A stretch of 14,349 nucleotides of DNA from a virus. Taxonomy: Duplodnaviria; Heunggongvirae; Uroviricota; Caudoviricetes. The notes under the pieces are model-generated. The model worked only from the letters and a program-made list of their open reading frames with translations, did not search any database and had not been told where the DNA came from. The position numbers and the translations under genes were made by a program. The DNA lies in IMG/VR virus record IMGVR_UViG_3300011947_000002, positions 64,001 through 78,349 of that record; one strand, 5' to 3'. Position 1 is the first letter of the stretch, and the number at the start of each line of letters is the position of its first letter. Below, in pieces: positions 7,920 to 14,208 of the stretch.

Positions 7920-8246
7920 ATGGCCTTGCGTGTTACGAATAAAGATAATCGAGTGATTATTCAAAACGAAATTGGTATGAATCCCAATGGTTTTGAATTT
8001 GATAATGGTTTAAACACTGTAATGGTTTTATGTGATCGTTTATATGTGTATAAAACAAACAACCCTGAATCCATTTATGAAAGAAATTTAAATGAAAAGT
8101 TCTCAATTGTGGTTCGGGGAAAGATGGTTTTTGATAATCAAGAAGAATATGATAAGTGTATAAGAAATCAACTCTTTGTAATACTTAGTGTATTTGGTGC
8201 TTTTTTCTTAATATTTATTATATTTGCTTATTTTACAGGGATATAA
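7920..8246 (+). CDS. hypothetical membrane-anchored protein (108 aa)
   Basis: ATG at 7920, 1 nt after the previous stop, GTGGTG upstream; C-terminal hydrophobic helix LFVILSVFGAFFLIFIIFAYF. Confidence 0.8.
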   Translation: MALRVTNKDNRVIIQNEIGMNPNGFEFDNGLNTVMVLCDRLYVYKTNNPESIYERNLNEKFSIVVRGKMVFDNQEEYDKCIRNQLFVILSVFGAFFLIFIIFAYFTGI

Positions 8247-8251
8247 TTATT

Positions 8252-8896
8252 ATGCGATATTTAATGTTTAAACTGGATATGCCAAATGTTGGTTCATGGA
8301 ATAATAAATGGTCACATAAAGATCGATTATTCGCTTCTATAATTCGATTACCTGATCGTTCTAAGCAATCTAAAATTGAATCTGAAGAAAAGATTAAGCT
8401 GTGGAGTGGATCACACTATTACGATTTTGAAGATGGTTGGGGTGCTTCTGTAACTGTTAAAGAAGTTGATGAAAAAGAAGCTAAGCTAATTAATAAAAAC
8501 AGTGATGGGTTTTCTGGTTATGATTGGATGATTACCATGATCATGAATCATGGCCGCATTTTAACTCGTTCCGAAAGAGGTCAATTTGAAGCCACTGCTA
8601 TTATTGGTAGTGTTATCAAGACCGATGTTGATAAAAAGTATAGTGGTTTAGACGCTTTTATTCAGGCCAAATATGAATATTTGAATTCAATCAAATATGA
8701 TCAATTTGCAACTGTATATACAAATATGATATCATCTCTATTATCAGATAAAGATCAAACTCTGGTGGATAGTAAGGGTTTAGAAAACGAAGTATCATTA
8801 TCAGTAGTTAACCAATTACCTAAGAATTCTGACTACATCGTTAAAAAAATTCTTTCACTCACTTATGATCAATTTAATACGTGGAGTGTGCCATGA
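8252..8896 (+). CDS. conserved-type hypothetical protein (214 aa)
   Basis: The N-terminal ~105 aa carry MPNVGSWNNKWS...DGWGASV...SDGFSGYDWM, which I recall as a conserved phage/bacterial family of unknown function; followed by a ~110-aa extension. Confidence 0.85.
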   Translation: MRYLMFKLDMPNVGSWNNKWSHKDRLFASIIRLPDRSKQSKIESEEKIKLWSGSHYYDFEDGWGASVTVKEVDEKEAKLINKNSDGFSGYDWMITMIMNHGRILTRSERGQFEATAIIGSVIKTDVDKKYSGLDAFIQAKYEYLNSIKYDQFATVYTNMISSLLSDKDQTLVDSKGLENEVSLSVVNQLPKNSDYIVKKILSLTYDQFNTWSVP

Positions 8897-9780
8897 ATAA
8901 CGTTGAACATAAATTAGGCCAGTTGGATTATGGGAATCGTGCCGCTATCACTGATTTAGTGGATAAAATGCTTCTTCTACAAGGGAAGGCTGATTCAAAC
9001 TTCCAAAAGGCCAAAATTGTAAATCAATTGCGTATTCCAAGCAATTGTATCGCGCCATATGTGATCATAAATGACCTTAAAAAGATCAATGATTTACAAC
9101 GTTTGGAGGATTATAAAAATAGTCAAATCTCAAAATACAATGAGATGATTGCTGATCTAACCAAACAACATAATGAAAATTTGGATGCAATCAATTCAAA
9201 CCGCGCATTGAAAGCAAAAATCATTGAATTGTTCACTTACATCGGTATACACCAAGAATATTCAGAGTTAAAAACTTCTGGTGCACGATTTAAAACTATC
9301 AAGCACAAAGCTGGTTACTTGAGTGATCTTGATCGTGTATGTGTAACCAATGACTATTATGATAATTGTATTTCTACCATTCAATCACACATTACCCAAG
9401 TTGAACGCGAATTCAACCAACTGTACGGCCAATTACAGCATAAAGCAGCATTAGAACGCAATAAGTCATTATTCTACAAATTCAACCATCATGCAGTTGA
9501 ATTCAATGTGGATGTAAAAGATGTGTTTGATTTTATCAAAGTCAAACGTGGCATGTTGACTAAGATCGATAATGCATTGGGTAATCTATACAACGAAAAG
9601 GTTTCAGAATTCTTATCGGATGGATATGATGAAGTTCAAGACGTTGTAGATGCTGAAATCGATGTGGTTAATAACATCGTCTTTAACAATAACTTGTTGA
9701 TTGATGATGCTGATATTTCACTGTTGAAGTTGAAATATTACACTTATAACCACACCAAAAATCAAATCTTAGGTGCTTAA
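8893..9780 (+). CDS. hypothetical helical/coiled-coil protein (~295 aa)
   Basis: ATG at 8893 with GGAG SD (8883-8886) and ATGA overlap, preferred over the GTG at 8881; heptad-like Q/N/K/E-rich stretches. Confidence 0.85.
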   Translation: MNNVEHKLGQLDYGNRAAITDLVDKMLLLQGKADSNFQKAKIVNQLRIPSNCIAPYVIINDLKKINDLQRLEDYKNSQISKYNEMIADLTKQHNENLDAINSNRALKAKIIELFTYIGIHQEYSELKTSGARFKTIKHKAGYLSDLDRVCVTNDYYDNCISTIQSHITQVEREFNQLYGQLQHKAALERNKSLFYKFNHHAVEFNVDVKDVFDFIKVKRGMLTKIDNALGNLYNEKVSEFLSDGYDEVQDVVDAEIDVVNNIVFNNNLLIDDADISLLKLKYYTYNHTKNQILGA

Positions 9781-9782
9781 TA

Positions 9783-10412
9783 ATGGCTGGATATCACCAA
9801 AATTTCATTATGAAATTCCCACATGGAAATGTACATAAATTAAAAGAAGAAGTTGATGAATTCCTTGATGCCTATGCGTCAGGGAACCCAATCATGGCTA
9901 TGCAAGAACTATCAGATATCTATTTGATCTTACGCACCATCGCACGTGATTATGGGATTGATGTAAGTGATTTAGCTAAAATGGCTGACACAACTGAAAG
10001 CGTTTTCTTGTCTGGTGATCGTACATCATGCAACTTATTTGAAATGATTCGTTCAAATACAAAGTATATAAGTTTATCTGTACCAGCCCCAAAATATTAT
10101 TTTATTTGTGAAGATGTTAATTATGAATATATATTGGTTGATTCAGAAACGGAAACTATAATTCTACCTGCTGGGACAGAATATTTTGAAGTATTGGCTG
10201 GGGAAGTTTATGTTGAAGATCAGCGCATCATTGAACAATACCAATGTAGTAAAACTTCAATTACATTTTTAGAGTTCAAATCCAAAGGTTTGATTATGAC
10301 TAAATCAAATGGATTAAAAGATAATTTAAATTCGATTAATCATGTTTCTTATAATAAATCGGATAAAATATTTGATGTTTTAAAAGCATCATTGGAAGAA
10401 TTTGATGTTTGA
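9783..10412 (+). CDS. MazG-like (all-alpha NTP pyrophosphatase) domain protein with a C-terminal extension
   Basis: KLKEEVDEFLDA (EExxE) and MQELSDIY (ExxD) metal-binding helices in the first ~80 aa; then a ~125-aa beta-rich C-terminal region. Confidence 0.65.
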   Translation: MAGYHQNFIMKFPHGNVHKLKEEVDEFLDAYASGNPIMAMQELSDIYLILRTIARDYGIDVSDLAKMADTTESVFLSGDRTSCNLFEMIRSNTKYISLSVPAPKYYFICEDVNYEYILVDSETETIILPAGTEYFEVLAGEVYVEDQRIIEQYQCSKTSITFLEFKSKGLIMTKSNGLKDNLNSINHVSYNKSDKIFDVLKASLEEFDV

Positions 10413-10959
10413 TATTGATGCTAATTTGCTTTATCAGGCTATGATGTTCTTCAATAATTGCGGTTATGAGTTTATAACCGCGCCTTACGTCGTAGATAAG
10501 AAGGCGGTAGAACATACCCTACCTGAAGGTCGTGAAGCTTACCCACACGCAAATTATGGATTCTACGTGGGATCAGCAGAACAATCTATCTATCATATGC
10601 TTGATAAATGCGGCCGTAAAAATTTACCAAAGCGTTGTCTGGCAATTACACCATGTCAAAGAAATGAAGAAGTTCTGGATGAATCACATCTTGAAATCTT
10701 TCTGAAGATCGAATTGATCAGTTTTGATTTGGGATACAGTCATAAAAATATTATGGAAGATGTTCTAGATTTCCTAAAATCAATTGGAACGGAAAATGTA
10801 ATATATGTGATGCAAGATGATAATGTATCATATGACATTAACGTGAATAATATCGAAGTTGGTTCATATGGCTATCGCTGGTTCAGAGATGTTCTGGTAT
10901 CCTATGGAACAGGTCTTGCATTACCACGTTATTCATATGCTGTTAGTAAAGGAAAGTAA
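10405..10959 (+). CDS. stand-alone class II aminoacyl-tRNA synthetase-like catalytic core (SerRS-like, 184 aa)
   Basis: Motif 1 GYEFITAPYVV; GSAEQS (SerRS PTAE/TxE loop); motif 2 TPCQRNE...HLEIFLKIEL (SerRS CFRxE...HQFxKVE); EVGSY (SerRS EISS); motif 3 GTGLALPR (SerRS GSGLAxxR). ATG 10405 with GGAAG SD; 8-nt overlap with the MazG-like gene; no tRNA-binding domain. Confidence 0.75.
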   Translation: MFDIDANLLYQAMMFFNNCGYEFITAPYVVDKKAVEHTLPEGREAYPHANYGFYVGSAEQSIYHMLDKCGRKNLPKRCLAITPCQRNEEVLDESHLEIFLKIELISFDLGYSHKNIMEDVLDFLKSIGTENVIYVMQDDNVSYDINVNNIEVGSYGYRWFRDVLVSYGTGLALPRYSYAVSKGK

Positions 10960-10960
10960 T

Positions 10961-11269
10961 ATGAAATACTGTGAAAAAAGAATTTACGTCGCTGAAGATG
11001 GTCGCCAATTCGAATTTGAATCTGATGCACAAGAATATTGCAACGAATATATTTTGCATCAGAACATGGCGATCCGAAAATCAGATATTAAGGATTATGA
11101 AAAGAAACTTGAACGAATTGGTGTCGTAGCATTCCTTGATGAATTCTATGATTTGGCGCAATCAAACAGCATGGGTGCAATGCATCCAATGGATGTAATG
11201 AAATACATCATCGACATGAAGAATTTAGATTATCCAGACGGGATATATAATGAAGCTGAAGAATATTGA
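10961..11269 (+). CDS. hypothetical protein (102 aa)
   Basis: ATG at 10961 with AAGGAAAG SD, preferred over 10859; N-terminal YVAEDGRQF motif typical of small phage proteins. Confidence 0.8.
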   Translation: MKYCEKRIYVAEDGRQFEFESDAQEYCNEYILHQNMAIRKSDIKDYEKKLERIGVVAFLDEFYDLAQSNSMGAMHPMDVMKYIIDMKNLDYPDGIYNEAEEY

Positions 11270-11720
11270 ATTAGTTTTTGAAAATTGCGAAACCATGTTT
11301 ATCAATTATCCAGATGTTGTTTATCTGGATGTTGAAAAGCCATACATCAGCTTTGCCAGCTACATGAATGCAATTTGCAAAAATCAATGTATTGAAGGAT
11401 TCTCTATTGGAATTGCAAAAGGTGCTGATTTTCCTGATTCAACATCATTCAGTGGGGATATGACGATTGATCGTCTAAAGCTACAGGATGTCACTCAATT
11501 ACACATCACATATGATGATGAATCAACTGATTCATTTTATGTCAATTGGGATGTTGATCATGAAACCAGAAATGAAAAGCAAAACTTATTGGAAACAAAT
11601 GAAGGTAACTTCGTTTATTATTCATATAGTGGCGATAAAGAACCAGATAATTTAATGGAATTAAAATGTTCTGTGGATTTTCTTGTTAGCATGAATAAAG
11701 TGATGGAAGAAAGGGATTAA
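11250..11720 (+). CDS. hypothetical acidic protein (156 aa)
   Basis: 20-nt overlap with the upstream gene; GGGA upstream; ends in a terminator. Confidence 0.8.
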   Translation: MKLKNIELVFENCETMFINYPDVVYLDVEKPYISFASYMNAICKNQCIEGFSIGIAKGADFPDSTSFSGDMTIDRLKLQDVTQLHITYDDESTDSFYVNWDVDHETRNEKQNLLETNEGNFVYYSYSGDKEPDNLMELKCSVDFLVSMNKVMEERD

Positions 11721-11731
11721 TCCCTTTTTTT
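11710..11731 (+). terminator. intrinsic terminator
   Basis: Perfect palindrome AAAGGGATTAATCCCTTT (11710-11727) running into a T tract to 11731; contains the stop codon of ORF 11250. Confidence 0.75.
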
Positions 11732-11781
11732 CATCTTTGTAATTAAATAGAAATATATCTAAAAATGTAATTACAAAGATG
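11732..11781 (+). promoter_or_regulatory. 14-bp inverted repeat covering the start codon of ORF 11779
   Basis: CATCTTTGTAATTA (11732-11745) and TAATTACAAAGATG (11768-11781); TAAATA at 11744-11749. Confidence 0.6.
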
Positions 11782-12015
11782 TTAAAGAAATTATTTTGCT
11801 TCCATGACTATCAAATAATATTAGATCAGAACTCTATGCATGTGTGGTCTTATGAGGACTTCCAAACAAATAAAGTTTATCGATATGAATATTCATACTG
11901 TGCTGTGATTTGTTCAAAATGTGGTAAATATCGTGATAATTATAAAATAGAAGATAAAAATCACCCTGATCGACATAGTGATAGAACAGTTTATATTGAT
12001 ATTAAAAATACTTAA
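11779..12015 (+). CDS. small putative Zn-binding protein (78 aa)
   Basis: LFCFHDY...CSKCGK (CxH...CxxC) pattern common in small phage proteins. Confidence 0.75.
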   Translation: MLKKLFCFHDYQIILDQNSMHVWSYEDFQTNKVYRYEYSYCAVICSKCGKYRDNYKIEDKNHPDRHSDRTVYIDIKNT

Positions 12016-12031
12016 ACTTATATCTTCAAAT

Positions 12032-12060
12032 TTGACATATTTGCTTCCAAGTGGTACTAT
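12032..12060 (+). promoter_or_regulatory. strong sigma70-type promoter with extended -10
   Basis: TTGACA (12032-12037), 17 nt, TG-G-TACTAT (12052-12060). Confidence 0.8.
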
Positions 12061-12096
12061 TCTTATATCGGATAAATACTTGTTGGAGTATAAAAC

Positions 12097-12378
12097 ATGG
12101 CAACTTTTCAAGAAAGTTTTGATTCAATCGTTAAACTAACTAAAAAAGAAATCAAGAAAGGTGAAGCTACCGCTGAAATTAACCTTGAAATCAATGTTAG
12201 TTCAATGGGTGGGGATTTTGCGAGAGATTTGTGGTACGGACTACGCACTTATAAGTTTAAAGGTTATAAAGTTCGTACTTGCCGAATCCGCGAAACAGAA
12301 GAATATCTTTTTGTAGATTACGATTATCAAGAGAAAGATATCTTAATTCAGTTGAATCTTGTGTTGGAAAAAATATAA
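12097..12378 (+). CDS. hypothetical protein (93 aa)
   Basis: GGAG SD at 12085-12088; own promoter. Confidence 0.85.
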   Translation: MATFQESFDSIVKLTKKEIKKGEATAEINLEINVSSMGGDFARDLWYGLRTYKFKGYKVRTCRIRETEEYLFVDYDYQEKDILIQLNLVLEKI

Positions 12379-12450
12379 AGTAATCGCCATGTGTTTATTC
12401 TTCCACAATTATGTTCAAGATACCCAAGATGAAGATCAAATGATCCACTA

Positions 12451-12621
12451 ATGCCTTTATCTAACAAAAACTTTTTTAAGGATGTACAAGTGATTACACT
12501 AATAATAATTTCAGTTTTATGGTTCACATTTTATAAAACACATCATCATATGCCACCACGTTTTTTAAAAGCTTATAAATGGACAGCATTTGTATTAGTG
12601 GCGTTGTCAATCATCTTGTAA
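12451..12621 (+). CDS. small membrane protein with two hydrophobic segments (56 aa; alternative GTG start 12490), absent from the ORF track
   Basis: MPLSNKNFFKDVQVITLIIISVLWFTFYKTHHHMPPRFLKAYKWTAFVLVALSIIL; fills an otherwise empty gap; AAGGA SD before the in-frame GTG at 12490. Confidence 0.55.
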   Translation: MPLSNKNFFKDVQVITLIIISVLWFTFYKTHHHMPPRFLKAYKWTAFVLVALSIIL

Positions 12622-12634
12622 GGGTTGCTGATAT

Positions 12635-12895
12635 ATGAAAAAATTTGATGGAATACATCCATGCGCATATGAAACTATCTTTGGAATCATCAACATTGAT
12701 CCTGATGAAGAAAAAGGTTGGTTTGTCGTGAAAAAGATTACTGAGTCACCTGTTATGTATCCAGTAGTCGTAGATTATGATCGAATTGTTGGTTTACGTC
12801 GTTTCAAAAATCGAACTAAGTGTTACCAGTTTATTCGAGGGATGGAATTACGTGTAGCCGATAATGTTAAAAAGTTGTTGTCGGAAATAGTATGA
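12635..12895 (+). CDS. hypothetical protein (86 aa)
   Basis: AAGGG upstream; in line with neighbours. Confidence 0.8.
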   Translation: MKKFDGIHPCAYETIFGIINIDPDEEKGWFVVKKITESPVMYPVVVDYDRIVGLRRFKNRTKCYQFIRGMELRVADNVKKLLSEIV

Positions 12896-12960
12896 TTTTT
12901 ATTGCTTGTATCTTCATCTCAATTATTGCTTTATTTGTTGTTTCTTTTTTGAGAAGATAA
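12892..12960 (+). CDS. putative single-TM micropeptide (22 aa), absent from the ORF track
   Basis: MIFIACIFISIIALFVVSFLRR; ATGA overlap with the stop of ORF 12635; GGAA upstream. Confidence 0.4.
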   Translation: MIFIACIFISIIALFVVSFLRR

Positions 12961-13040
12961 AAATAAGCATAATCCAAAGGTGTGTTGTATGAACAATACA
13001 TCTTTTACCTATATGTCTAATTATGAAAGGATAAGAATAC

Positions 13041-13583
13041 ATGACATTTAAATTAATCGTGGATTTCGAAGCCACATGTTCAAAAGACCAGAAAGAGTTT
13101 CCGCGTGAAGATATGGAAATCATTGAAATTGGGGCGATTTTATATGATGAGAATTGGGAAGAACGAGGTAAATTTCAGTGTTTCATTAAACCAGTTAAAC
13201 ATCCAAAGTTAACCGACTTTTGCATGGAGTTGACTACTATCAAACAACAAGATGTTGATGCGGGTGACTCATTTATAGATTCTATAATTGCATTTCAAAA
13301 ATGGGTTGACGAAATATGTGGGAAAAATGATTATATATTTTGTTCATGGGGCGACTTTGATAAAAACATTTTGAAACGCCAATGTAAAGAAGAAAATCTT
13401 CGGCACGTGAAGATGATTGAAAATCATATTAATATAAAAAGGGAATTCGCTGAATACCACAACATCAAGCCAATGGGGGTTGGGGCTGCACTAAAATATA
13501 TGCGAATGAAATTTGAAGGTACTCAACACCGTGCCTTGGATGATGCTATTAATATCGCTGAATTGATCAAGACGATGGGGTGA
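13041..13583 (+). CDS. DEDDh 3'-5' exonuclease, ERI-1/KapD-like family
   Basis: ExoI LIVDFEATC plus EIIEIGA, ExoII WGDFDKNIL, ExoIII HRALDDA; FIKP and LTDFCMELTTI are typical of ERI-1-like nucleases. Confidence 0.9.
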   Translation: MTFKLIVDFEATCSKDQKEFPREDMEIIEIGAILYDENWEERGKFQCFIKPVKHPKLTDFCMELTTIKQQDVDAGDSFIDSIIAFQKWVDEICGKNDYIFCSWGDFDKNILKRQCKEENLRHVKMIENHINIKREFAEYHNIKPMGVGAALKYMRMKFEGTQHRALDDAINIAELIKTMG

Positions 13584-13589
13584 TTTGTT

Positions 13590-13922
13590 ATGGCTGAATA
13601 TTTGGTTGGGGCTGAAAAGCCCCTCAAATATGATTTGAAAAAATCATGTCCAGAATGCCCATACACACCAAAAACAAAAGGGTGGATTGGTTCCCATGAA
13701 AGCGCGAAAGAATTCCATGATGTTGCTAAAAATGATATTCCATTTTGCTGTCATATGAATAAAAATCAATCATGTGTTGGTAATGCCATTTACATGAATA
13801 AGTTATGTAAAATGAGTATTGATCCCGACAAAAAGAACCATCAATCATCTTTGCGCAATTCAAATGAAGATGTGTTATTTTCATTTGATGGATCAAAATT
13901 GGAAGCCTATCATGGGAAGTAA
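13590..13922 (+). CDS. Cys/His-rich putative metal-binding protein (110 aa)
   Basis: CPECPY...GWIG...FCCH...CVG...LC; GGGGTG SD. Confidence 0.8.
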   Translation: MAEYLVGAEKPLKYDLKKSCPECPYTPKTKGWIGSHESAKEFHDVAKNDIPFCCHMNKNQSCVGNAIYMNKLCKMSIDPDKKNHQSSLRNSNEDVLFSFDGSKLEAYHGK

Positions 13923-14115
13923 AGATCAATTTTATTATAAAGGCTTGAATATTGACCTTGTTACAGGAACAATTTATCACACGATTGATGGAAAACCATT
14001 TTATTTCATGTATATTCCAAAAGATCAGAACCTAGCCAAGCGGTTTATCGATGAAAATATTGATTTGATTAAAAATCAATATCATTTGGAACATCCATCA
14101 TACCAGAATCCATGA
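13912..14115 (+). CDS. hypothetical protein (67 aa)
   Basis: ATG at 13912 with GGAAG SD (13901-13905) and an 11-nt overlap, preferred over 13819. Confidence 0.7.
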   Translation: MGSKDQFYYKGLNIDLVTGTIYHTIDGKPFYFMYIPKDQNLAKRFIDENIDLIKNQYHLEHPSYQNP

Positions 14116-14149
14116 TGTGAAATACCATTGCCGAAATAAGTGTATTGTA

Positions 14150-14178
14150 TATACAAATATGTTTTAATATGATAGAAT
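14150..14178 (+). promoter_or_regulatory. sigma70-type promoter with extended -10
   Basis: TATACA (14150-14155), 17 nt, TG-A-TAGAAT (14170-14178). Confidence 0.55.
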
Positions 14179-14205
14179 ACCATCTAATGCGTTAGATGGT
14201 TTTTT
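14179..14205 (+). terminator. intrinsic terminator-like hairpin
   Basis: ACCATCTAA-TGCG-TTAGATGGT (14179-14200) followed by TTTTT. Confidence 0.7.
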
Positions 14206-14208
14206 ATT

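Noticed and set aside
10405-10959. Calling the gene a conventional seryl-tRNA synthetase (serS)
   Set aside because: At 184 aa it is less than half the length of SerRS and has no N-terminal tRNA-binding coiled coil; there is no sign of a frameshifted missing part, since the upstream gene is MazG-like
12989-13051. 20-codon ORF MNNTSFTYMSNYERIRIHDI with an AAAGGTG SD
   Set aside because: It has an SD but is too short and featureless to call, and it overlaps the exonuclease start; only ribosome profiling could rescue it
11914-13980. ORF-track entries 11914-12111 (-), 12923-13123 (-) and 13726-13980 (-)
   Set aside because: Antisense shadows crossing + strand promoters and genes, with no minus-strand promoter or SD support
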